Shown: in pieces, positions 50,497-62,159 of the stretch | Numbering within the stretch: the first letter of the stretch is position 1 | Layout of the letters: every line of letters begins with the position of its first letter | NCBI RefSeq assembly: GCF_006345805.1 | Contig: NC_043013.1 | Location: 13,268,001-13,332,000, forward strand | Origin: Octopus sinensis | Lineage: Eukaryota | Direction: 5' to 3' | Length of the DNA: 64,000 nt | Program-made: the position numbers and the translations under genes | Notes under the pieces: generated by a model | Told to the model about the DNA's origin: nothing | What the model saw: the letters and a program-made list of their open reading frames with translations, nothing else | The model's database searches: none

Positions 50497-53340
50497 ATGA
50501 TTAAAGTAAACATTAAGTTCTCCCCTAAAGACATCCCCTTACATAGTATAGATGAATATAATTGGCTTCTCATTCATAGGATTAACGATTTCATTAGAAG
50601 AATCAGGTGGAAAACGTACCATTTTGATGTCAAACAGAAGAAGAAACCTCAGGAAATGAATACCGAAAAGAATTTTAGAAGAATTTTTAAAAGTAGAAAA
50701 AGCCCACCTCAGAACCCATTCCTGGAGAACTTTGAGAAAGACCTGCTGAATCTTATAGATGATATTAGCTTCAATGAACACCCGTTAAGATATAACCCTC
50801 ACCTTAGACACCTTAGGAACTTTATTCAGTCAACCCGGTGCAAACATGGAATCCTAGTACCAGCAGATAAAACGGGTAATATGTATAGAGTTGATTACGA
50901 TATTTATAGCAAATTAATTAGGAAAGAACTAAACTCCAAATATAAAATTACAACTAAGAACAATTTGAAAAAAGTAAACATGGAAATGAAAGAGATCATG
51001 GAGAAACTAAATTTAACAGATAGAACGGAGCCACTTAAACCCTGTGAGCCCAGGATCAACCTTAAAGACCACAAAAAGGACTTCTTGGATAACCCTTCAG
51101 TAAGGCTGATCTGTCCAACTAAGTCGGACATTGGCCGACTTAGTAAATCTATCCTGGATACTGTTCTACCCCAAATAACCCCTCTTCTCCCCTTAAACCT
51201 ATGGCTAAGTACCGACGAAGTTCTAAAATGGTTTAACTCTCTAACTAATACTAGTAGTCTGTCCTTTATTCAGTTCGATATTAATAGTTATTACTCTAGC
51301 ATTTCCCCTATCTTACTCAACAAATCACTAATATTTGCCATGAATCGCTCCCTCATAACTAGAGAAGAAATCAATATTGTGCTACTAGCTAGGAAGACAT
51401 TTATTGAATTTGAAGATAAATTATGGACTAGAGCAGATACACCAAATTTTTTTGATATACCAATGGGTTCCAGTGATTCGGCTGAGGTAACCAACCTAGT
51501 AGGCGCATATCTATTAAAATGCATAAGCAAGGATATCCCAGAAATACAGGGGGGTCTATATAGAGATGATGCTCTGTTTGTTATCCCTAGTAATAATAAA
51601 TCTGTTATAGAAAGGATTAGAAAGAAAATTAATAAGTTCTTTAAGGATTTCAACCTCAGTATAACGTATGAACCGGGCACTAAAATAGCTAATTTCCTAG
51701 ATATTACCCTAGACCTTAACTCCAAGCTACATTACCCATTTAGAAAGGAAGGCGAAGTCACGAATTACGTAAATAAATTATCAAATCATCCCCCAAATAT
51801 AATAGAATCTTTAGTAAGAAATATTTCATTAAGAATTTCAAAATTATCATCCAATAAGGATATATTTAACTCCCATTCTGAGCATTATAATGCGGCGTTA
51901 ACTAAGGCTGGATACAACCAAAAGATTACATTCGTTGATAGGGAGAACTCACGTATTCCTAATAATGAAGTTATCAGTAATCAAGTAAGCAGCAAAAAAG
52001 ACCAAACCCGAAATAAAAGTAGAATTAAATTAACGGTAAACGCCAATCTAGAGTACAGGCCCAACAATTCAAATAGAAGCATTGACCAGAACATAGGTAA
52101 CTCGGATAAGATTGAAGTAGATAAACCTAAGATGCACACAAATAAAAATAAAAATAATGGTAATAAATACAATAACTCCGGTGAGATGAATAGTAGTAAT
52201 TCTACGAACCCTAAATTTTATAAAAAAGATATATTATGGCTGAATATTCCTTTCAACTGTGCGATACAATCGGATATACAGAACAAATTCAAAGTAATTC
52301 TGGAAAAAAATTTCCCTATCTCTCATAGATATCATAGAATTATTTCTAGGAAAACAGTTAGGATTTCTTATTCAACCCTCCCAAATATGTCCACTTTAAT
52401 AGCTAAAATTAATAATAACAACATTAAACTAGCCAGGAAAGATAGAAATAAAAATAATAATATCAGAATGAATACCAATAGCAATAACAATAATACTACC
52501 AACAATAAAAACAGCAATAGGAACTATCAAAACATAGGTGAAATTAGTAACCACAGAATGACTAATAACATTAACATTAATAGTAATAATAACAATGCCG
52601 ATATTAATAGAAGTAATATTGTTAATAATAGAAATAATAGAAATAAGGCTAATGGAGAAAATAAGGAGAATGAAAATATCAGTGATATCTATAACAATAA
52701 TATACAGTTGGATAAAAAGACTAACAATAATAATAACATTACGAATAATATAAGAAATCTTGGTAGGACTTTACGCCTAAATGATGAAACGGAAGGATCA
52801 ATAAATAATAACAATACTTTAGATATCAGTACCAACTATAGAAATGATAATCAAAATAATAGGAACCTTAAACATCTACCCAGGAATAATCCAAGGCCTG
52901 AAGTTGTTCCTCCTGTGTGTAAGTGTAGAATAAAATCAAAATGCCCGGCACCTGGTCTATGTAGGGAAAATAATGTAATCTATAAATGTACCATATCCAC
53001 GGAGAATAACAAATATTTTTACATTGGCTGTACAATTAATTTTTTAGCCAGAGTTAGAAATCACATCTCGACTTTTAAATTACGTCATAAAGCTGGTACC
53101 ACCACACTTTCAAACAAAATCTGGGAACTCAAAAATAATAACAAAAATTATACCCTTAATTGGGAAATAGTTAGGAGAGCAATTCCGTATAAAAATAGTA
53201 GGGTTGGTTGTCAACTATGCTCCATGGAGACGTACGAAATTCTAAAGCATAGTAAACATAGAAACTTATTGAATAACCATATCGAACTAGGTCAAGTTTG
53301 TGTCCACGCTAAATTGAAGACTTTAAAATATTTTAAATGA
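50497..53340 (+). CDS. Intact 947-aa PLE polyprotein: N-terminal domain, RT, thumb, two Asn-rich linkers, Cys-rich linker, GIY-YIG endonuclease (Neptune/Nematis-like)
   Basis: FSPKDIP..RRIRWK; FIQFDINSYYSSI; PMGS; GLYRDDAL; NFLDITLDL; CKCRIKSKCPAPGLC; VIYKC..YIGCT; CQLCSMETYEI. Confidence 0.95.
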   Translation: MIKVNIKFSPKDIPLHSIDEYNWLLIHRINDFIRRIRWKTYHFDVKQKKKPQEMNTEKNFRRIFKSRKSPPQNPFLENFEKDLLNLIDDISFNEHPLRYNPHLRHLRNFIQSTRCKHGILVPADKTGNMYRVDYDIYSKLIRKELNSKYKITTKNNLKKVNMEMKEIMEKLNLTDRTEPLKPCEPRINLKDHKKDFLDNPSVRLICPTKSDIGRLSKSILDTVLPQITPLLPLNLWLSTDEVLKWFNSLTNTSSLSFIQFDINSYYSSISPILLNKSLIFAMNRSLITREEINIVLLARKTFIEFEDKLWTRADTPNFFDIPMGSSDSAEVTNLVGAYLLKCISKDIPEIQGGLYRDDALFVIPSNNKSVIERIRKKINKFFKDFNLSITYEPGTKIANFLDITLDLNSKLHYPFRKEGEVTNYVNKLSNHPPNIIESLVRNISLRISKLSSNKDIFNSHSEHYNAALTKAGYNQKITFVDRENSRIPNNEVISNQVSSKKDQTRNKSRIKLTVNANLEYRPNNSNRSIDQNIGNSDKIEVDKPKMHTNKNKNNGNKYNNSGEMNSSNSTNPKFYKKDILWLNIPFNCAIQSDIQNKFKVILEKNFPISHRYHRIISRKTVRISYSTLPNMSTLIAKINNNNIKLARKDRNKNNNIRMNTNSNNNNTTNNKNSNRNYQNIGEISNHRMTNNININSNNNNADINRSNIVNNRNNRNKANGENKENENISDIYNNNIQLDKKTNNNNNITNNIRNLGRTLRLNDETEGSINNNNTLDISTNYRNDNQNNRNLKHLPRNNPRPEVVPPVCKCRIKSKCPAPGLCRENNVIYKCTISTENNKYFYIGCTINFLARVRNHISTFKLRHKAGTTTLSNKIWELKNNNKNYTLNWEIVRRAIPYKNSRVGCQLCSMETYEILKHSKHRNLLNNHIELGQVCVHAKLKTLKYFK

Positions 53341-54760
53341 TTGGAATATTCATAGCTAGATAGATAGATATAACTTGATTTCTACTAGTATAGCACTGCT
53401 TTAAGTAGATAACTAAGAGTTCTCACATTACAGTTATCTTTATCTTTTTCCTTATATCTACATCAGTTTTTTGAGAACAGAGAAATGAATAGTGCTTATT
53501 CGCTACTTAATTGAGGCTTTATTTAATTTCAAACTCACAATTTTTAAATTCTTAATTTTAAATCTTAATTGTAATATTTAATTTTAATTCCTAACTTAAT
53601 CTAATTTAAATAGCATAACTCTAATAAATTATAATTAGTTACTGTAGCCCCATAATTCTATTTCATAATTAAATAAATAAGGCTATTCCCTCGGTGATAA
53701 TATGATTATCTTCATTAGGATAGACAATCCCCTAACACCTTGTAAATGATCTTATAAGATTTGACCTGTAGTCGGTCAATGTATGAATAATAACGACAAC
53801 TCCTTAAGACAATAAAATGAATAAATTAAATAAGTAAATTTTTAATGACTTTTTGATAAGATTATACTTAGATTTTCCTAATGTATTTTCTGGTGATTTT
53901 AGCATCTGACCCCTTAACCCCTGACTGTGTTATCTCTTTAGATTCTCTTTAAACTCATGGCTGATTTCAACAGCAATAAATTAACGGTTTACTGGTCAAA
54001 GAATAATAATATTCCCCTCCAGTTCCCAGATGCCTGTTGATTAAAACCAGACTTACAGTCTACTAGCTCTTCTGTATAACTAGAACCCTCTTTTTTCTTT
54101 TTTCTTTTTCTTTTTTTCCCTTCTTTCCCTATTCCTTTCTCTTTTCTCTTTCTTTTTCTTCTTCTTATTCTCTGTTCCCTTTTCTCTTCTCTTTTAGTCC
54201 CCCTTTCCCCCCCCTTTTTTGCTCCCTCCTCCATTATTTTCTCTCTTTTCTTCTATTCCCTTCTCTATTCTTGGCCGATCTAGTAAGCCCTTCAACCTTT
54301 AAGAGTTAAATAGCTGCAGCCTCTTGTGAATAGCAGTAATGTGATTAATATGGCAAACACCTAATCATATAACAAGGATTGGTACCTACCTCATTGTGTT
54401 CAACCATTGTAAAATTTATCGCCTGTGAATATGAAATTCATCTCCATTTCTCTGGAAATTTACATCTACACCATTGGAATCTGTGCATATATACAAAGGA
54501 TTAATTCACCCTCTCTGTAATGCTAATAACAATGGATAAATTTGTCTTCTGTGAGTATATAATCCCTCATCATATCTATGGAAATTCATATGGATTAGGT
54601 CACCTTCTCTGTGATGCTACCAAAACTTTTTTAAAATTCTGTGATAAGACTATGCATCATCTTTAAAGAACTTTAATGAACTTTAGAAATCTGTTTAATT
54701 ATCTACATTACTTCATGAGTATAGCCTCAAACACTAGGATGTCTAGAGAACTTACATGTA

Positions 54761-54851
54761 TTTTAGCTGATGAGTACGGGACTCGTTTATATGCTGTAAT
54801 CTTTGCAACTTTTAATAAAACCTGTCCTTGTATGAAACGATCGTACTAAAA
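54761..54851 (+). ncRNA. Type I hammerhead ribozyme in the PLE 3' pLTR
   Basis: TTTTAG-CTGATGA-GTACGGGAC...GTCCTTGTAT-GAAAC-GATC-GTA^CTAAAA. Stem I is 6 bp, stem II about 9 bp, and stem III is minimal with a palindromic GATC loop. Confidence 0.82.
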
Positions 54852-55903
54852 ACCTATCCATTCTTGTTGCTTCTTTCTCGCTTATAATCACCCCACATTA
54901 CTGTATTGTTAAATCAGTATAGTTTTTTTTTTTGGTGCATCTAAGTTAGGTACCATATTCAAGTAAATTTTTTTAAATTAACTTGAATCTTTATTGCTCT
55001 TTGTATATATATATATATATATATCATCATCATCATCGTTTAACGTCCGTTTTCCATGCTGGCATGGGTTGGACGCTTCGACCGGGGTCTGGGAAGCCAG
55101 GAGGCTGCCCCAGGCTTCAGTCTGATCTGGCAGTGTTTCCACAGCTGGATGCCCTTCCTAACACCAACCACCGGAAATAAGGAGGAGACAAGGTTATTGG
55201 GGTTTTGTGATGCTCATGGCTTACTGGTCTGTAACACTAACTTCAGAAAACCAGCCAACCATTTATCAATCTGGGGGTTACACCAGTCAGATTGACTACA
55301 TCCTCACCAGACACAGGGATAGATATATGCTCATAAATGCAAAATCTTATCCAGGTGAAGAATGTACAACTCAGTATAAGCTAATGGTTGGTGACTTCAG
55401 GCTTTGGGACAGAAAGATCCAGAGACACAAGCCAATATCGAAAAAAAGTTGTAGAAGCTTAAGGATTCTCAAAGAGGGCAAAAATTTAGATATGTCCTTA
55501 ATGAGGCCTTTGATGAGAAAGAAGAAGCGGCAAAGACATGACACAGAGAACAACTGGAAGTTCCTACGGAAGAGCAACAGACCAAGTTTTTGGTTGGTTA
55601 CAAAGCCTCATCCAGACCAATGATGATAGATATATGTGGTGTAGAATAGTGACGTTGCCATGGCCATAAAACAGAAGAGATGGGTCTAGAGAGAGTGGAA
55701 AAGAAAGGGTGGCAAAGAATCATGTCAGAAAGCTAAACATCAGGTATCTAGCAAGGGTAGAAGTAGAAAAGACTAGAGACTGTAAATGTTCTGGATTGCT
55801 AGACAATTTGCCAGAAGGAATCGAGACAATGTGGGAGAGACGTGTGTATGGATGAATAATGTGAACAAGAAGGATACATGGAAAAGTTACTGAAATTTTC
55901 TCA

Positions 55904-55970
55904 TTTGCTGATTTTGCAGATCACTTGATATATTTTGGCGAAAAATTGTAAGTCTTTTAAAATTCCTATA
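55904..55970 (+). repeat. Inverted copy of micro-exon B' with its splice sites, embedded in the RTE LINE
   Basis: 65/67 nt identical to the reverse complement of 58728-58794; the 28-nt exon part (55920-55947) is identical. Confidence 0.9.
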
Positions 55971-57880
55971 GGGCCAGCTATCCTAGTCAACAGCAGTATG
56001 GTACAGAAAGCAATTAAAGGCATGTAAACTGGTCCATCCGTAATTACTGACTAGATACTCAAATTATCCAGTAAGGTAGGATATGGACTTGTCACCCGCA
56101 TATTTAGTCAGGTCATTCAGGAGGGTGTAATGCTCAGTGACTGGCATAGCAGCTTTATTGTTAGCTGCTACAAGGGTAAGGGTTATGCTTTTGATAGAAG
56201 CAATTATAGAGTCATCACACTCCTAGACCAGGCGAGGAAAATTACGAAGAGAATTATAGCCCTATTAATTAGGAGCTTAATTAGCCTAGACGAAATGCTG
56301 TTCGGTTTCTTCCGGGGAAGAAGCACTACCGATGTTATTTTCTTAGTCAGGCAAACTGAAAGAGAAGTACTTAGCTAAGAATAAACTAATACATTTGGCA
56401 TTCGTTGATTTAGACAGAGTCTTTGATAGAATACTCTGCTGTGTAATATGGTGGGTTCTGAGGAATTGAGTGATAGATGAGTGGCTTGGAAACGCTGCAC
56501 AGGCTAAGTACAGCGATGCTATTAGTAAGGTGAGAGTTAACCACGAGTACAGTGAAGAATTGGTGTAAAGGTTGGTGTTCATCAAGGCTCATTCCTCAGT
56601 CTCCTCCTTTGCATCATTGTCCTCCATGCCATAACAAAGGAATTCAAAACCGACCACCCCTGGGAGTTGCTATATGTTGGTGATCTTGCCTTTATAGCAG
56701 ATTCCATATCAGAGCTGGAAGAGAAATTACAAGTTTGGTAGCAAAACCTGAAAACTAAAGGATTTACGGTAATCTTAGCAAAGACTAAGATCTTAGTAAG
56801 CGAGAAAACAGTCAGGATGCTACACACTTCATGTAGGTGGCCCTGCTCGATTTGTAGGAAAAGTGTAGGCAAGAACTTCATATGTTGCACTCAGTGTAAG
56901 CAATGGACCACACATGAGGTGCAGTAGATTAATAGGAAGTTTATTGGAGGCAGACGTGTTTGTATATAGAAGATGTACATGATCCATAAAAATTACTGAA
57001 ACTCAGGAAATTGATTCTTCCAAATGCTGTGGAGGCTCGTTAGAAGTAGTAATTTCTGATGCCTATCAGATCAAATTAGTTGTGAGGGGATGCACAAAGT
57101 GTGTGATGGTTAGAATATGAATAGGATGGAGGACATTCAGTGAGATTTTACCTCAGTTGGCTAGGAAAGGTTTCTCTCTCCGAGTAAAAGGTAGACTGTA
57201 TGATGCGTGTACATGGAGAGTAAATACATGGTAGTGAGATGTGGGTCTTAAATGCAAAGGGCATGTGAAGGTTTGAGAGGAATGAGGCAAGTATGCCCCA
57301 CTGGATGTAAAATATAAGTGTACATGTTCATCAGAGTCCTAGTGTTTTGAGAGAGAAGTTAGGCATAAGAAGAATTAGATGGAGTACACAAGACAAAGAG
57401 TGTGCTGGTTTGGTCATATGATGCAAATGGATACTGACAGCTCCATAAAGAAGTGCCGATCTCTTATAATTGATGGAACACGTGGAAGTGGGAGGACCAG
57501 GTACACATGGGACGAAGTACTGAAAAATGACGTCACGAGGTTTAAATTTTCAGACGAGATGACAAAGGACCTAGATGCCTGGCACCTTATTGTACTTAGG
57601 AAGACCCCACCCCTCATCAGAAGTGATGAAGTCACTTCCCCCGAAAGAGACGAGTGTTCTGCAAGAGTCCTGTGCTGATGCCAGGTAAACATGCTTGTGC
57701 AGTTCCACTTAAAACACCCATCACACTCTGTAAAGTGGTTGGTGTTAGGAAGGACATCCAGCTGTAGAAAACATGCCAAATCAGACTGGAATCTGATGCA
57801 GCTCTCCAGCTTGCCAGCACTGATAAAACCGTTCAACTCACGCCATCATGGACAATGGACATTAAATGATGATGGTGACA

Positions 57881-57930
<50 letters not shown>

Positions 57931-58237
57931 TATGTGTGTGTGTGTAAAGATTTTTTACGAACATAATGTGACAATCCTGATTTGGACGAATGTTACTGTT
58001 ATTTAGCCACAGGAAACATGGTCTCCAGCTGGCTAACGACGCACTATTCCCTTTCAAATAAGGGAGCTTAATGTCCTCACTCAGCTCAAAGCAATATCTG
58101 TGTATCAATGCTTTCAGGTTTATTTCCCTTCATCAACATAGAATAACTGTTCGGCTAGAGATGGCGACACTAGTCACTTGTTTGATAGATATACTTTTCA
58201 AAGTGACATAAAATAACTGATCTCAAAAATAGAAATA

Positions 58238-58305
<68 letters not shown>

Positions 58306-58329
58306 TATAATAATGATAATACATATATA

Positions 58330-59300
58330 TATATATATATATATTTATGGCTCTACTAATATGTGATATAGTAGCTGCAAATACTAAAAGCAGTATCCAA
58401 CCATACTAAAAGAAAAACTACTACACTGGCCATAATATTATAATAAATAGAAGCCTACTGTAAATATATAAAATATATAACACATATATATAGATCTATC
58501 AATAAGACAGTTCTACTAATTGGAAAAATAATAGATGGCTCTTCTAGTCTGAAGAATAATAGTTTGGTGTATCAGAATAAAAAAATAATAACTTGTACCA
58601 ATGTGTGAAAATATATAAAAATATTCATAAACAAGATATACAACATTCGTTTTATATAAATTCATTGATGAAATTTTCAACAAAGTAGTCATCACAATTC
58701 ATGCAAACAGATCAAGCGAAAATAAAATATAGGAATTTAAAAAGACTTACAATTTTTCGCCAAAATATATCAAGTGATCTGCAAAATCGGCAAAAAATAG
58801 AAGAAAAATTGTTTTTGTATGAAATGGAATAAAGGAAATGTAAAAGGAACTAAAATTTAAGGAATTATATGGCATTTGAAAAGTTATACCAAGAGAAATT
58901 GATTCAGTCAGAGATGAAGGGTGAGAGGTAAGCAAAGAATAAAGGTAAGAATTTAGAAAGAGGTAATTTCTCAAAGAAAGACAAGTAGTAATGTGATGAA
59001 AATTCCTAAGAGTGGCAGAAAAGGTGGAGAAAACGCTATGTGACAGAGGCAAGTGACAAAGATAAGGAATCAAACCATAAAAAATAGATCTATTCACACA
59101 CTCCCTCACACATGTACATTTACAACTTTACCAATATAAAATAGGTTATTAAATAAATATATCAAATCATATCCATGTATATTTAGCGTTTCTGTAAAAT
59201 TATATCCAATGAGGGCTCAGCCATTTAGGATAAGAATCAAACTTGGCAGTTTCATAGATACTTTGCAATTCAACTAGATTCACAGAATCCATATGGCTAA
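58330..59300 (-). repeat. Intron module B, inverted paralog (homologous to 4370-5040, 16540-16720/18440-18960 and 21067-21190)
   Basis: Reverse complement aligns by eye with the B1 and B2 flanks and with segment C. Confidence 0.85.
58751..58778 (-). CDS. Micro-exon B' (28 nt, phase 2->0): SLDIFWRKI
   Basis: Context ttgccgattttgcAG|ATCACTTGATATATTTTGGCGAAAAATT|GTaagt. Same length and S-x-D-x-x-W pattern as B2, and phase-compatible with A4 downstream. Confidence 0.68.
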
Positions 59301-59339
59301 TGTTCGTTTCTACTCTAGGTGCAAGGCATGAAATTGCAT

Positions 59340-60560
59340 GCTGCATTTGCTTCATCTTATGCCCAACTTTTCTCTCAATACGTTTGCACTTTGTCATATA
59401 TGCACACTGATATTGCACTTTCCCCCAGTCTACGCATGTTGTCTATATTCATAGCCATTCATAGCCCATGTCTCGCTACCATGGAGTATAGCCATTCGCA
59501 CACAAGCATCATTTAATCTATTTTAACTCTGAGAAAGAGAGAGTCCTTTTCTTGCCAACAGAAGTAATAGTTCTCTGAACTTCCTCCATCCTATTCTTAT
59601 TTTGAAAACAATATTTTCAGAGCATTGCTAATTTGGTCACCTAGGTAACAGAAAATATCTACAACCACAAGAGAGCCTCCTGCGCATTTGAGAGTATCCA
59701 AGTCCCCTGTGCTTTTAGAGATTATTGTTCCTGCACATGTCATATACGAAGACTTTATTTGTTAATCTACCTCTGATTCCACTACGCCTCTTATGTGTCC
59801 CTGACTTACACTGGATGTAATGAATGGTATTACTTCCCACTACTTTCCTACAAAGTGACCAATTTAAATGATGGAAATAGAATCTTATCTGCTTTCTTGT
59901 TAACAATAACTTTGCTCTTTACTAGGTTAACTTTAAGGCCTTTGATTCTAGGTTTTTCTTCTGTACCTGAAATTTCTTCTCTAGTTCTACTATTGATTCG
60001 GCCAGAAGACCAAGATCATCAGCGTATATTAGTTTTCTTTAGCATCCAGCTTTGAATTCCTCAGTTATGGTCTGGAGGACTATAATGAAAAAGTGTGGGC
60101 TGAGAACTGAACATTGGTGAACCCCTACTTGTATGCTAAGTTCCTCACTGTATTCATGGCCGACTTCACCTTACTGACTGCATCACTTACAGGGCTTGTG
60201 CATCTTTAACGAGTCACTGATCAATTCCTAACTTCCTTAGACACCAGCAGATAACAAAGTGGGGTATCTGTCGAAAGCTTTCTCCAGGTCAATGAAAGTT
60301 AATTTGGGCCAAATACGTTTCCTGCAGCTGTTTCATTTGGAACATGGTATCTGCGGCAGGTACAAAACAAAACTGCATCACATCTAGACTAATTCTATAC
60401 CTAATCAACTGAATTATAACCTTCTCAGTAACTTTCATGACCTGGTCTAGCAGTTTGGTACCTTTGTAGTTGTTTCTATATAAGGCATCACCTTTATCCT
60501 TGTTACAGCTAACTATAATACTACTACATCAGTCATTGAGGATGGTGTCTTACTGAATAA
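59340..60560 (-). mobile_element. Decayed RTE LINE fragments (59340-59530, 60170-60560)
   Basis: Remnants read ..CVRMAILHGSETWAM.. and KLLDQVMKVTEKVIIQLIR..FIDLEKAFDR. Confidence 0.65.
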
Positions 60561-61500
60561 CTCGATTAACTATACAGGTGGTTAGGCTGTATCCTACATC
60601 ACCGTTCATTTTAACTATGACATTCAATTACAAAATGTATGGTACGTAGTATAGCAGTCTGGAAATATTGCAATCTCTCTCCTCCCTCTCCAGCGAACAA
60701 TACAAAATGCTGGTGAGCCAACAATCTATCAAGCTGCCATGTCTATGTAGTGTACAAGAACAGCACTTTCAGATACTAATTTTCCATGTAAGATAGTAAG
60801 AAACATGGCCCCTAAATAGATTGAAAGTGAAGCAACATCTATCAACCCCATATTTTTTGCCAACAACACTGGAGAGCATTAAATACAGTCACTTATAAAA
60901 CACATACATACACAACACACACAAAATATTACGGTTCTTTGAACTGTGACAAAGACAAATTATTGGTTGAAATGGATATAATTATTAGATAGTCTGATAC
61001 AGGAAAGATGGTTGCTGAGATGCCAGAGTTCAGTATTGTAAACATCAGACCTCTACACCAATACAACTCCATATTTGTTGGCTCCTTTGACAATAGTGCA
61101 GTGTCAAAGTTGTCAATGGTAAGGTGCAATGAGCTCCATCAGAATAATATTGATATATCTCAACTCCTAGTTTCAAAAGCAATCTTAAGAAAGCTGGTAC
61201 ATACTGATTGATAGATTCAACAATTTTGAATTGACCAAGAGCTCTCTTAGTGCTAATATTTTGCATAATAAAATTGATATTGAATAGACTAGTTTTCCAC
61301 TTCAGAACCAAAGAATATTTCATCTCATCAACTTCAAAAACCTGCTATTAAGCTCAGGTGAACCCAAAATATATGTAATTCTCATATATGGGATGTTATA
61401 GTTGCTACACACACAGATATCCTGAAACATATGAAAAAATATCCACGTGACTGATTAACTAGAAGGTACTCAATGAACGTCTAATCCAGAGACATGCAGA

Positions 61501-61548
<48 letters not shown>

Positions 61549-62075
61549 CCTACCATTATTGCAGTGGCCTTTTTTTCTCAGGGTCAGGTGCTCTTGTGGC
61601 ACCTCTAGATCATTTCGCCTCTTCCGTCACACATCTCACGTCCCTTTTAAGCCTTGCTATAAACATTACGCCCACTTTCTCTTCCTAGAACATTCGCTTT
61701 CTAAAATTCTCTCACTGCATAGAGGAATGCTAATTGTCTCATTCTTACGAATCTCAGAAAGCCTGGTGAAGGCCAGGCATACGGCCCCTTTCCCCACGTA
61801 AATTCAATGAAAGAAAATTACCTTAATTAGATATAAAACATAGCACACTACACAGATAACAAAGTGTAAATTTGCATTATTTCTTAATGTTAGTCAGAAG
61901 AATTACAGATAAGAGATTTTCAACAAGTATAGCTAAGTAACTCTTATCTTGTAATGAAGCACGGATGATATGTAATTAAAAAGTACCAAATGTGTTCTTG
62001 TTCTAATCTGATATATATACATACATACATACATACATACATACATACATACATACATACATACATACATACATG

Positions 62076-62141
<66 letters not shown>

Positions 62142-62159
62142 CACGTGCTCTTTCAAAGG

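Larger units (their letters stand above)
47481..54881 (+). mobile_element. Penelope-like element with a 3018-bp inverted duplication of its 3' half (arms 47481-50498 and 51864-54881, spacer 1365 bp)
   Basis: Mirror positions sum to 102362 at both checked ends, and the mirrored ORFs in the track are identical (48128/53989, 49022/52134 region, 50190/51981). Confidence 0.95.
46950..57880 (+). mobile_element. One RTE LINE split by later insertions: 5' part about 46950-47430, remainder about 55170-57880
   Basis: The 5' piece ends near ..FNGHVGEH and the protein resumes at 55170 with GNKEETRLLGFCDAH. RT motifs AFVDLDRVFDR and LLYVGDL and the 3' UTR follow. Confidence 0.75.

Noticed and set aside
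59810-59847. 38-nt minus-strand segment with AG/GTAAGT boundaries upstream of B'
   Set aside because: It has a stop in phase 0, its only open frame (phase 2->1) does not fit the series, and its flanks are not homologous to A or B modules. It may be chance.
60929-61350. Overlapping 66-92 aa ORFs as exons
   Set aside because: No homology recognised and no consistent splice signals.
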